Shown here: positions 35,241-48,872 of the stretch, piece after piece
How the letters are laid out: each line of letters opens with the position of its first letter
How positions within the stretch are numbered: the first letter of the stretch is position 1
Position numbers and translations under genes: made by a program
Notes under the pieces: model-generated
Seen by the model: the letters and a program-made list of their open reading frames with translations, nothing else
Database searches by the model: none
Told to the model about the DNA's origin: nothing
Source of the DNA: Phoronis australis
Taxonomy: Eukaryota > Animalia > Phoronida
Direction of reading: 5' to 3'
NCBI GenBank assembly: GCA_002633005.1
Contig: NMRA01000183.1
Location: 438,280-502,279 of the forward strand
DNA length: 64,000 nucleotides

Positions 35241-38200
35241 CTGCATTTGTCAAGAGTAGAAAGCAAGTTTACACATAAAGATGACCACAGTGGCTTAACT
35301 GAATATACTCTCATTCTGCACTATCAACTCAAGCTCACGTGCCTACACGGACCGTTTCACAAACTCGTCACACACGACAAAGATTCATTCCACACAGTGT
35401 CCCCATCCCGTTTACAAAGCCAATAGTTATACACTTATTTTCCCAAAATCACTAAACAAAAGTACATGCACAACAACTAAACGGTGCTAGTGTACACATG
35501 CATACTAGGGTATTTCCCTTAAACTGTTCCGTAAAACGCATTCTTTGTAGTTGAAATCTCGCCAATCTCCTCAGGAGTACATGTACCTGAAAAACACACA
35601 AAAACTGGATTACTCAAATTTGATCATCAATAAATGTGGCAACAAATAGGAAAGCCCTTACTCCGAGGTTCGAAGTCTTCACATAGAAAGTCAGTGATAG
35701 CAGTGAAACAAAACTCGAAGAAGACGATAGAAGCCTTTTCCGTGAAAGAACGAAAGTAGCCTTCCGCATGCCTTCATGTGAGGACGACCAGAGTTACGAA
35801 TGGTTTCTCGTGCTATGACGACAACATACACTGCCGGTCGGGCCGCGTCAGCTGCGGTGCTGCATCATCCTCCCGAAATGACATATAAACACAGTTCTGA
35901 ATGGTTCCCAGTTTATATTAACAGGTGTACGCAGTATAAAATAGGTCAGGTATGACAACTTCGCAACTTTTCTTTGTGTGATGCGTCATGTACAGTGTAT
36001 ATTACTATTACCTTCCATTACATACCATTAAATATGGCACTCTAATTTCAACCCATGTCCAGTCATTAAAAGTCCATATTTTAAATGGCAGACAAGGCAG
36101 CGAGGTGTGCCCAAAAGTCGTTGTAAAATGTCTTGATTTTTGTCAAATGTCAAGTGATCCCATCACCAAATGGGGTTTACCAGGTTAACGTTATAATTAA
36201 GTTCCCCGGGTGCTCGTTTACGCTGTTCTGTTATTATGAAAACTGCTATTATGTGTGCGTCACCTACCACGGTAATGTCGTTAATTAATAGACCGTGACT
36301 GTATCTTATAACCCGACATTTGTTAAAGGCCTTTCCACAGATAGTTTTCTTTCTAAAATTATACGCCATGGCCTCAGTGTATGGAAGGCGGCTTGATTCC
36401 ATTCACCATGAGATATTTTTCAAATCGTAAGCTATACTCATATAGGTATCCGAGGTTATTGCATCACCGGATGAAAATTCAAATAGTGGGTGCGCGGCAA
36501 CGAATAGAGGGAAAACCAAGGTATAATACGAAACCGATTAAGGGTGTGCTACTACTGTAGGTGAACATGTTGGCACTGTTAGAAATCGAAATGCCGCAAC
36601 TGCACAAACGCTCGTAACACTCAAATATTAGCTGATCCACTTCACATTCCTAATGCGCATGCCCAGAAGCCCAAAAAGTGTGCGTGAACGTATGAGATAC
36701 GGAGTGGGTGCAATAACGAAGGTTCTTGTTTACTTTGGTTCTGTTTAGTCAGATGAAAGCATCTGTTTGAGGGTGAAATATCTGTAAAATTCCCCTGGCA
36801 ACTAGGTGGGTGGACGCGATGTTGTCAACGTTATGTGTGTTTAACTGATGACTGGAAATGTGTGTGTATTTTTTTACGCCGAGTCATCAATTGAAATAGA
36901 GCATAGGGTCGGGGACATAACATGTCCGGGCCACGCCTTGAATACAAATGCTACCACATCAATTGTGAATGCCTTTAATTGAATCAGAGGATTTCGTCGA
37001 CCGGAAGTTTAACCAAGAGATAAATTCTCTACATGTGAAACAAAATACTCATGCTGACAAAACTTTGATACGTTGATAACAATATTTTTTCTAGTTGCAC
37101 TACGTATTAAAGGTAATACAAGCTTCTGAAGAAGATAGTTATTTTTATAGAATTTTTGCGGCGAATTGTTTCATGTCTGATTTAGACGCTCTTCATGTAC
37201 TCTTATTTAATGGAGCAATTTATGCTGACGCTTCTATGGGATTTTTAACAAGTTTCATTGATTGCATGAAAAGAACAGTCACATTATGGTGAAGTTGTAA
37301 TTCTGTACGTGGACTTTCATGTAAATAGTCTGGAACATATGTCTATAATAACCTCGTGGATCACTTGAAATTTTGCATACCCTCGCGTCCGACAAAAAAT
37401 AGAGACTCTCTTGGTAAATGATACATTAATGATCTGTAAGGTCAAATTTATTCATAATGGATATATCAGAAACCAAAGTCTCTTTTAGGTATTTTCCAAG
37501 TAGTTGCGGATATGTGATGCTTGATGGTAGAATTATCTTTAAGTTTTTTTTTTCTCAATCATGGATTAAGGAAACAAATTACTTTTCAATTTTGCAAATA
37601 TATCCAAACGCTAAGAGGCTAGATGTTGTAAATTGCAAAAAGCATTGAAAATCGGAATGCCTGAAATTGGTCGTTCGAAATTTCAAAAGTATTGTAGTTG
37701 AATTGTTTTCAAAAACCTTTCACATTTGGCACATAAAAATGCCATTTAAATTATCGTCTTAATAGAGCCATCACTTTCTACAATAACTGCGTTTTCAAAA
37801 ATTCAAAGACAACCACAATGAACAGAAAACTTTTCTCTGAATCAAAATGTTGACGTATTTTAAAAAAGTAGGTCTAAGTCGGATCAAATTATCAGAAACC
37901 CGTTTCTTATTTCAAAAATACGCTAGTTAAACTATCTGATGACAAGCCCGGTATATCAGGGTGAAATTTAATTGTTGGTGAGTGAGACACTCGGTGCCAA
38001 TACTTTCAGACACCAGATTTTTCTGAAGACCTTTTTACTGCAAATTATTCAATGAACATCCAAACACATTATCACTAAAACAATACAGTGATACATAAGA
38101 CCCTCGAGAAGGGCTGTACGTAAGGAGTCGAATAAATCAGTTTAATAAATAATAAAGTGAAAGAGCAATAAGCGCATGGTGGAACCAAAAACTATACACA

Positions 38201-39743
38201 AAGACAATGGAGATCAAATACACAGAAATTTGGCTACCGTGCTCGCCAAACCACCAACAACATACCTCCCAAGAACCTTGGCTTGTGTGCTAGCGCACGC
38301 ACTGGCAAGACACTGATTCACAATACCCCCTTTACCAGGAACGTTAGAAAACGCCCAGCTACTGTAGAGAGATCGTCTACGAAAGCGATTAAATACTTTC
38401 GGTAAGTACAAGACTAACACCGACTACTCCAATATGTAATTCGCTATAACGAGGCCCGGGTGTTGGCATCCCGTTCGTCGGACAAGAAAATCTCCGAAAC
38501 GCCTGCGCGGACAACCACCCCGCCCGACGCCTCCTTCCCTTTCGTACCCGTGACGCCAAAGCGCCAAGTTTTGCGTCAGAAAATCCTACGCATGTTTTTT
38601 TCTTCGTTTTCTTACCGAGTCGTGGCTCCACTCTGTCAATCTCGATTAAGGAGTGTAGTACACTAGGAGGTTCCACTCTCTCATCTTGGCATTCGACCCA
38701 AGCGGTGAACGTTCGAAACAATACAATTACTGTGTGATGAAAAATGGGTAAAATGCGTATATTTACATTCACTTATAACCAAATGAGAATAAAATGTGTG
38801 TTTTAGTCAATATTAATAAACAGTAAGTTTTTTTGCTTTCATTCTCTTGAAGCTTCCTTCATGAAACTGGCCCATGACCTTGGTCCATCTTGGAGTTTTT
38901 AATAACTAAAGGCAAATTGCAATTGTTAATTACACCACCTGCACGGACTACTGTACATACTTTTAGTAATTGCTACTGGTGGTTCATGGGGGTAGTTGTC
39001 TCCAGTTGCTGAAGGTAGGAGGGGGGTACATGGGAGGAGTGCAAAACAGCGGTAAAAACCTGGTGGGCGTCAATTGGGTGTACATGGGCGGAGCGCAAAT
39101 TAGGAAAAAACCAAGGGGTGTACCACATTGGTGTTGAGCCAATCTCATCGTCACAAACTTTGATTGCAAGATAACCCCTCAGACCCTGACAACATGTGCT
39201 GAGGCGATGATAAGATTTGACCCTCTTTTTGTGGCAATCTCCAACGACTTTTTGCAGTGATTGGTGGTCATGCTCCTGTGGTTATGGTAGCACCATCCTG
39301 GGATAGGATTTAGGGCCGCGCCCTGCATCATTGGCGAATAGAAGTTTTCATTGACGCTCTGGTGTTACATCGACATTTCACCGAGACCCACAAATTACCT
39401 AACTTGACTTACAGATAGATTTGAGGCCCTGTGGATGTGACTATGACCGTCAACGTTCATACTGACCCATGGCCATGATTATGTACATGTACGTTGTTCT
39501 ATCACTGCGATAGTTCGGGTGATTCACATGTTGACATTTTGACACACGAAATAAAAGACAATTGATATTATTAAATACATGTAACAAATAATCCTTGCCT
39601 TTCTGGATCCTTAGGCAACGTAAACATGCCAGTTCTGGTGTTTTCGTGCAATATTTGTTGCGCTGCAGAAGGCGCCCTTTCCCGTTGTTCCCGCGCTTCG
39701 TACTCGAACATTGCAACAACAGTGAACAGACGGCTGAACAGTC

Positions 39744-39942
39744 CAGTGGGGGATTAAGGGGGGGGGGGCAAGGGGGCCATGCTCCCCTAAAATTCTCCCA
39801 GATTCCATTTGGCAGTTTGGGGTTCACCAACCCAAAAATTCGAGACCCCCTACATTTTAGGCTGGGGCTCGCATGAGGCGAAATTCTGGTTATTCCTGTG
39901 CCCTGCCCCCCAACCCAACTCAAAATCCTGGATCCGCTCCTG
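39744..39942 (+). mobile_element. MITE-like element, CAG(T/G)GGCGGAT-terminated family, copy 1
   Basis: Imperfect TIRs; internal sequence shared with 49568-49703 and 50541-50832; flanks cagtc/ctgtc. Confidence 0.75.
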
Positions 39943-42900
39943 CTGTCCTACATTATAGTAAACTATTCTCGATCCAGCGTACCCGCTTCTTTCTTGGAGC
40001 CAGACTCAGTGCCATTCAGAGGTATTCATCCGCCGCCTGCATTACCGTTTACGCCAATTATGTTGCGTGTTCAATGTTACGCGGTAAGTGAAATTGATGA
40101 AACGAGTGAAGTGAATGTGCGGTCTCGCTTTTTACACGCATTCATTAGTCATCGCGTAAAAGTGTACTCCGTGTGCATCGGTCATGTCCATTCACATATT
40201 TCAAAACCACGAGGACTGGGCTGTGGGAGCTCCTCCGTTACTCTTCCCGTTAAAAAAATTTTTTCATTAAAGGGAAGTGGCCAAGATCGCAACCTTGATT
40301 CCAGTCTTTAGTACATAGGTACAGCTATGTCCGGTCTACGTCTGTTTATTGCAAACGTTGACGTAATGTCTGTTTTGTGCTCCAAACAGTGGTGCAAAGG
40401 CGTGATTTGTGACGAACTTCTGGGACACTTCCAACAAGTGTTACTTTTACATGTAATGATTCAATTACCCGCTGTCTCTAACGTTGTAACTGATGATTCT
40501 GTAACTGAATCTCCATTTTTAGCTCGAATCAACTTCAACTGACTTTATTCTCAACTAACTGTCACTAACTTCTGCTTGGATATTTATACATGTAGTCTCT
40601 TTTAGTGTTCAATCACATTCTACCCAATCATTCTACAAACGACTAAAGTGGTACAGAATATCATTTCCTGGGCACTTTCTTTTAATGGCTAAAAGTTTTA
40701 TAGTTGTCAAATAGCATTTTTACTTCTAAAATCACATTCTTGTTTTCATGTGTGACACTTTCATGGTGTTACTACGTAATTGGCGTTCTCCACAACTGAA
40801 CATCCGTCGTAAAGGCAAAACCGGACTCGACCTGTTAGTCATTCATCGTTATGAGCAAACACAAATTGTGTATGTTGCATGTTACCCAGACCTGACGGGA
40901 ACACCTGTTGAAGTGAGAGGTTATAACTGGTAGTGGAGAACACTGATATGTCAAAATGTATTCCAACTGTGATTGAATTTACTTTATTTTTCTTTTCTCT
41001 TTTACGTGTGGCTAGTTACTACAAAAACAACTCAAGATTGGAAATGTCTTTTTTAAATAATTGATTAAAAATGTCGATAACTGTTCTAAAACTTCATCTT
41101 CATAATACATGTAGGAAAAGATGACCCTTTAAGAATTATATCTGACGTCTACCAGTCCGAAGAACGTTGACCTATTCTCCGAACACGACACACCTGTGAG
41201 CTGCTCATTCAACACAGGCTTATCGTGACTGATATATAGGGATTCCAAAATCTTTAACCAAAATGTGCCATCTTCAACGCATGGTATTGTCTACTCCTTC
41301 TTGCCTATTTACTTTCGGCCATACTGGTGTAGAAAATGATCTTGAATGGGTCCTTCCTGTAAGCGGATAGACAACCGACGCGAGAGGGAACACACCGTGT
41401 TTCAAATTCTGTTCAAGAAAATGAAGACAAAGACATTCTTCCATATGACATGCGAATTGGTGAACAACATTACATTTGGCCACTGATCGTAGTCTTTCAC
41501 GACTGGAATTGTTTTTCAATATAAGGTGACGTGTCTGTATACCTTCCTTCCTGCTGTCACCGTGTATTTCGCTGTGCAATTCACTTATGACCTGATGATG
41601 GATAGGCCTACGTAGTGTGGAAATATAGCTAAATGTATTAATTTGTTTGATTGCTATGTCTCTCGGTGTTTTGCACAACTGAAGAAAGGAGATTGTTTCG
41701 GGGCTACAATGCATCAAACTATCAAATGAAAAGTTTAGTCGTGTTTTCAATGAGGTTTGAGTTAACGAAGGACTGCTATGGGACGATACTGATTCATGAA
41801 TACATCAGTACGTATGAATTTGATGTATGATAATAAAGACCCATTCCGTGAATGTAGGTCGTGGTATTATCACCATCACATCTGTGTAAGGCGAAATAAC
41901 AATAAAAATGAACGTTCAATAAAATAAGAAATGCGATATTTAAGATCAAAAAAATGGTGACGACAATACCAAATGATATTTAAAAAACATTTACAAAAGC
42001 ACAGCTTGTACGTGATATTTTTTGTTTCGTACTTTAAGCACGTATCACCAGGGCAAATTCTCATGTCTGGTGGAAACACAGCAGAAACTGAGTCCCGTAC
42101 ACCAGATGGTACCCAAAATTCAACGACATTCTCATTGCCCAGGTTCAATAGTTACGCCTCACTAGGTGTACTTACAGTGTGCTGTAAAGCTCCACGGCTA
42201 TATCTAGACGCATGATCACGGATTTTTTCCAACCCCCTCTTGTGTCTGTGTCCTTCAGTTGCAGTTTCAATCGTAATTTTTATTATTTCTTGTGGTGCTT
42301 TTGCCATTGAATCAAGGGTATTGCTTCTCGACATGCGCTTTGTTAGCATATGTACTTTCCAGGACATTAAAAATAATCAGCAAATGGTGTTATTTCTGTG
42401 GTTCACTATTTAATGTATGTAGTGAATGTCCTTGGACCAACTCCATACTGCTCAGATAAATGTGATTTTTTGATGGTACTGTAGTAATAAACAAAATTTA
42501 TGGTTACTGCCATATTTCTTATTTTCCAACTGAAAATCGAGTGTATAGTTAAATGTAGTGTAACCGAACCATTAGAGATGATATTAACCCACATTCCATC
42601 AATGATAAATTAACTTTGATTTACAACACTTTACACTAAAAACATTTTATTCGGTATTTTATTGAGATGAAAAGCAATTTCTGTGCTTGCAAGGAATTGA
42701 AATTTGGTTTGTACTCTTGTAAGCTCGCAGGTCACACGACATACACGTACCTTGTCACGCCATCTCGTTGAGCCTTGTCACGGCAATCTACATGTATAAT
42801 TAATTTGTCAGTTCTCGCAGGCCACATGACATACCTCGTCTTGCCATCTAGTTGTGCGTGCGCATGTGCCCAAAGATTTGGCTACAAGCATTCCCCAATG

Positions 42901-45900
42901 GCATAATCGCCAGTTCATCGATTACACCAACGGAAAAGTGTCACAACTTGCACACAACGAAATTTCCCACGACTATGTATTGCCATAGCAAATAAGGGGA
43001 AGTGTTCTGTCTTGTGAGAGAAAAGTCGGCGAAGTGAAGAATTGTTGACGAATTGTTTTTATTTTTGGAATTTGAAACTGAAGAAAAATGCTTTAATATC
43101 AATATAAACTCAAAATCTTTCTGAAAAGATCGTGAAAATACTTGAGGAACAGCTTGACGTCTGTTTCAGTGGTAAAGCACCACTTTGTTCTTCTCGTTCT
43201 ACATGTATGAGACATTAAAAGTGGGTCTGCACTCCTGCTTTTGGAATATGAAAATTTTCTGCAATCCGGCTTAAGCGGTCTATGCAAGCACACTCTTGTA
43301 ACTAGGAAAGCTTGCCCCTTTTGTAGGAACATCCACTCCTTATAGAAGATACTTCTTACATTGTTGTGACAAATTGGACTGTTGTAACAATTTGGATCTG
43401 CAGCCCTGATCCAAGTTGTCACAGTTACGACGTTGCGACATTTTGATAATTAGACCTGCACACAGCATCCTGTAACGGTGGAGTATAGCACGTTCTTAGT
43501 ATTTGACTGCATTCATCCTGCTTTTTGAAATGCCTCTGTGGTTTGTATAAAAAGAGGGTTGAAAGATTGTTTTATATCTAAAAGTAGGCCTAAAGACAAA
43601 GTGCAAAGACAAACACCGTTGGGTACTGCTTACCGTGGCGTTGCTTGGAGGACAGAAATCACACTGGAACGACTCCAAGACAATTGAGACAACGGCCGAG
43701 GGAAGGACCAAAACAGATGGAGGTGACAAAAAACTGCTGATGACCAGGTGGCAGTGATAATCCAGGTTATGCAACTGAGTGGATACTAGGGCCAGTGTAT
43801 AGACTACAGGTATCACAGGTTGTAGATTAGAAAGAGGGCAAATACGGAATGCACATTTTGGCATTAGGTATAAATCTCCATCTCGCCTTACCTTTGGATG
43901 GTAATTGTAACTAATGTCATCTGTACGAATTCTAAAACTCCAAGACCGGAAATTGAACTCTTGGCAACATAGTTGTGTACCGAGAGCTTTGCAGCAGCCA
44001 TTGCTTTAAAATAAAGTTACCAAGTATCTGGTTAATATGACATTGTGCTATCAAGTTCAAACTAAATGTAGGTAGACGCCTCCTTCAATTTGAGAAAGAG
44101 TTTCCTTGCTGGAGGACTACCTCACATTTTCTGACGTTTCTGCGCATGCGTTTTGAAAATTTTACGCCAAGTGTAAATTATAATCTAAGGCAAAAAATCG
44201 TTATAGAAATTACACTAATCGGAATTATGAAAGGTGTGCTATGGAATTTTACACATGTTGAACGTTTATAAATTCTTAAACATTGTGTCGGCTAAAACAA
44301 CATTAATAGCTACATAATTGTGTTGTATATTTATCTAGAATTCGGCTGATAAATGCTAAAGTGTAGTGTTAAAAATTCAACAGGGGTGATGTTCATACAG
44401 GTTTAGTCCAGACACGGAACAAAACTCCAAAAGAAATGGAGTCAGCCTTGGAGGAGCCGCGTTGACAATTACAATCTTAAGGACCTACAGCCAGAAACGG
44501 GCAAGGTCAAAGGCCATGCCACCTTTAACCTCTAGTGTCTACGGAAATCATGATATCGTTTATCACATCACATTCATCAGATGTAATACAAAATCAAGTG
44601 TTTCAGCTTAAACTATGGAGGTGCCGTTTGACATTAAAAAATTGGCGACAATTTTTATACCTAGCAATTTTACAGCTTAAAAGTTCGTTCTGGGTTTGTC
44701 AGTATCTGGCAAAACAAAATACGCCTGTTGATTTCAAGTTTGACATTATGTTGACTGACTATTGAACAGTTGAAATTGTTTTTAATTGATCAATTTTGCC
44801 CAAAAGCAGAAGCTCAGAATTGTCTACCTGGCTATCCAAATAACAACAAAAAGAAACAATTTTACTTCGAATCTCCAACAGAAGTTTTCTAGAAATAACT
44901 CATCGTTAATACGTGTGGAAAGCTACAACTCGGTATCACCAATGATGTACATGACACAATCTTTATCGTAGCATTCAATCATGTAGTCGGATGCGCAGTT
45001 CGGGCGCTCGACTAACTGGGGACAATATTTCCTAAGGCAATTTATTATAGGGTGACTCGAGGTGTGGACATGGTCTATTGATGTAGGTCATTGACTCATC
45101 AGCAAAGACATGCCACCTCGACAGTTTAACGGTATAGGCAGCCAATACTACTGGAGACTACATTATAAGCATGTAGGTATTTGACCTGAACAGGAAAATG
45201 AATTATTAGTGCAGTGACAGAAACATGCTTTATCACAGTTTTTGCATTTTAATTTTATCGCTCAAGTTCAGATATTGTTTGCGGATTTTCCTTGCAGAAT
45301 TTCTCTTCTACATTCTAATCTCTACAAAATGACGTTTATTAGATTGTTTTTCGCTTAAGCGGCTGCAACGGGCAGGCAAGGTGACTGTCGGTTGACTCCC
45401 AGATTTTGTATGCATCCCGTCGGTCGTTGGCTCTACGATATAAGTTTCACGACGAGGCGACTTGCAGAACTCATACCCGGGTTGTATGAAATTTTGTGAT
45501 CTAACCATACGTTATAGCAAACAGATTCGCAGCTCCGACATTTTCTTCCAACCATGATTAGCAGACGACGCACTTGCCGGAAGTAAAACGTACTATGTCT
45601 GTCAGGTGTCGCGGCTTATGCGTACTAAGATCACAGATTTCGTCCATTGAAAATACCGAGTTGGTGGTGGTCCATGTACTGTAGTTTGTGGTCTAACGGA
45701 GCTCAATACGCAGTGTTAACTACATGTACTTTGGTGTGTTACTGTTCCTGCCCGTATCGGGAACCAAATCGGAATATTCTGAGTGGGGCGTTCCCGTAAT
45801 GGAATTCTGACACGAGCGACCCCTGTATATATTGATATATTTTGATTGAATTGAATACGTTAAATAGAATAGTGTTTGATTTTACTTTATTGCTGTTTCT

Positions 45901-46359
45901 ATTGACAAAGGACGTTATTACATCCGAAAATTTCAGGTGATCCATTCTTGTTGTTTTCTTTACCTATATACATTCTACATTTCGTGAAACAATAGTATCC
46001 TTGGGAGGATCTGGATCGCCTTATTTAGTTTCAGATTTATTTTCTACGTTATTAAATGTAATACAAATCCTTATAGTTCGGTATGTCTTCATTTAATCAA
46101 AACTTTGTTTCATAGTTTTAATATATTACAGTTACTGACAAAGTTGTGTTTCCATTAAATTTTCAGTTGTTTGTGCAAGGTTAACCGAGTCTATATTGAA
46201 AATGGTGGCGACTACGGGTTGCAGGATTTCAAGTGGAATTATTTTGAAAATTAAGTTTCTAATAAAAAATTCGATGACTTTGAATGTAATTTCTTTGTAC
46301 GAAAAGATCAAGCTAATATATGTTGCAACTTTCCCACGTATTTTGCATCAAATTAAGCA

Positions 46360-46680
46360 GGCCTATTGTCGCCGATTCCAAAACGGCCACACTCGACACC
46401 GAGCTGTATCGGAATCGCTCAGCGTTCACACCTACATGTACGGCTTCAAAAAGACATGTCTAGACAGGTAAGACAACTGGTTCAGGCGAGCTGTAAAGGA
46501 GGCAATATATGAGAGTGGAAAATCCCAGTTTAAGAAGACAAGGGGGCCTAAGATTTCTGTTACCAAAAACTTGGGATAGGGCGCTAAGGTGTATCGCACG
46601 CAAAATGTGCGATCGATCACATGATAGACACCGCAGCGGCCTGCCGAAGTCCTCGAGATGAGGACGCAACGTAATTAACT
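46360..46680 (+). mobile_element. Penelope-like element 3' remnant (GIY-YIG endonuclease C-terminus plus degenerate hammerhead)
   Basis: LDR*DNWFRRAVKEAIYE / VENPSLRRQGGLRFLLPKTWDRAL (one frameshift) matches the PLE GIY-YIG C-terminus (LDRE..WF.R.VKEAI....PSLNR.GG); followed by CTGCCGA-A-GTCCTC-GAGAT-GAGGAC-GCAAC. Confidence 0.78.
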
Positions 46681-47357
46681 CAATCCGTAAGTCCAGTAAT
46701 TGATTTATTTTTTTCATATTATTGTTATTTTAAAGCTGGCTAATGTATACGAGTTTTCGACGATTGCCAATAAGAAAGTCCTATTTTGTGATTGAAAACT
46801 GCAAAAGCGAAGGAACAACTTTTACCGCCCTGACATTAGTGAAGACAAGCGAATAGCTACTTCAAATCAAAATAGGACACTTAAATCCTACTCTGGCATA
46901 TTTTGGCTGTGATCACATTGATTTATCTGGCAGAAGATTAGCAGTTCTACACACAAGAAAAGAGAAGAACCCGTACACAGTACCACCGTCTCAGGTGGCC
47001 CCAGTGAATCCGGTAGTCATCCTATAGGTCCTCCGCCAGCCGGAATCTTTTCCGCGATTATGACTCACGCGGATTAAACCGCTAAAGTGAACCATTTGCG
47101 CCTCAAGAGGCCGTTGATGTCATTAACTCTTCCCGGCTCGAGCAAATACTCCCGCGAATACCAAATGGGAGGAATCTGGCCAAGCCACCATCCTGACAAT
47201 TGTTTTTCTCATCGTCACATGTTAATTTCAAAACATATTCAGCGCATCTTTTGTATTTACACCGACAAATGCTATTTGTCGCATTACAAACACTTCTATT
47301 GCAGTAAAATCTACAAAAAATACATGAAATGAATTCAAGACATTTTATGCAGAGAAT

Positions 47358-47363
47358 TTTATT
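47358..47363 (-). terminator. Polyadenylation signal of gene B
   Basis: AATAAA on the minus strand about 115 nt after the TAA stop. Confidence 0.6.
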
Positions 47364-47476
47364 GGCATCACAAAATGGTCGTACAATAAGCTCTTACGAT
47401 CACCTTTGGTTATTTTGTACATGTTAAACACAAACTGACGTCACAAAGCGATGTTACAAAGGATGGTCTTCTCTTG

Positions 47477-47643
47477 TTAACACTTCACTTCATTTGGCGA
47501 ATCGCAGGCGCACTTATCGACGTTGAACAAGGTTGTTCCGGGACAGTTTCTAAGAAAAGCATTTCCTGAATTTATAGGCTCCTGCCGATACCGTCTGCAA
47601 GACTTCACTGGAGTGTAGCGATCACCGCTGCGATCACAGTATC
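47477..47643 (-). CDS. Gene B terminal exon, CBM14-like chitin-binding domain
   Basis: [54 protein letters not shown]; the C-P-x-x-T-x-F-N...C-D-x-P-x-x-V-x-C pattern is typical of ChtBD2; ttgtAG acceptor. Confidence 0.82.
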
Positions 47644-48826
47644 CTACAAGTGTCATCATTGTAGTTTAAGAGAGTATAAACACACGTTTTGTACAAGAAG
47701 GGGATTGACTTTTGATTAGGAACACTTACCACTGAAAATTGGTTTGATCGTGCTCTAAACTTTGACGATTGGTTATTTCTGGATTTATAAGAAACCGACA
47801 ATTCGTTCTTCATAGCTGAGACCACTCTCCGCTCATAAAATGACACGCCCTAACATGCAAAGTCGTCATAATTTTCACCGCCCCATCATCCTCACCAGCA
47901 TAGTCCTTATCACCATCGTCGTCATCGTCTTCAGGATGATATCACCATACATCATAGTTGCCGTCATGATTCGTCAGTACAATGCTCGCAACAGCTGCTC
48001 AGTAGACTGTCAACTAACTGACCATTTATCTACCGATTCTTGCACTAGTACAGAAAACGAAATTTATTCACCCTTTAGTTCAGACATCTCTTTAGGACCT
48101 CTTGAAACACAGACATATGTACATGCAACGATACTTTCCTAACTGTAGGGCATTTTCTAAATCATCACGGCACTGAAACAACGTAGATGCTTAGATGTAG
48201 TTCTTACTTGTGGCCTGACATTTGTAGTTGCCAACGGTATTCACACACTTCTGTTTACTTAGATCACAAGAATTAAGGTTGGGATCTCTGCATTCGTCAA
48301 TGTCTGAAATAACATATGGATATTTGGTAGTTTCCGTGGCGTTTGCATAACGGATATCTTCATTCTAAGAATAAGATAGACTATGTTGACAATGTTATTT
48401 ACAGTATCATGGCCTCTCATTGGTTAAAGTGATGACTGAAACCGACGTCATAACATTCAGTCATTTCCATTGGTTGAAATCTGGGAAACCCCCTTTCAGA
48501 TTACTGTTACATACATGTAGTGCAGCGACCACCTTTGACACAAATACTTGCAATTTATTAAAACTGGCAGTAATCGAAGTAAACAAAATCAAGGAAACCA
48601 CGGATCCCGTTGCTAAGCCAAAAATAATTTAAAGTCCATAGAAGACTTTTGCAAGTGGTGGCGATGTGATCAATAAACGTCCGACCAAGCATGCGCATTG
48701 ATGCCCACACACGGGTGTGTCGTTTATCATGTTTCCACAGTGTCATTTTTGGAATTGGTGGCGCTCAGTGTCAGAGGGTATGAAATAGACATCAAGTTAG
48801 GATCACCGTAGTGAAATATAACGTTA

Positions 48827-48872
<46 letters not shown>

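Noticed and set aside
38100-38140. Second hammerhead-like motif (CTCGAGAAG...CGAAT)
   Set aside because: The core boxes and stem are too degenerate, and no linked Penelope ORF was recognised.
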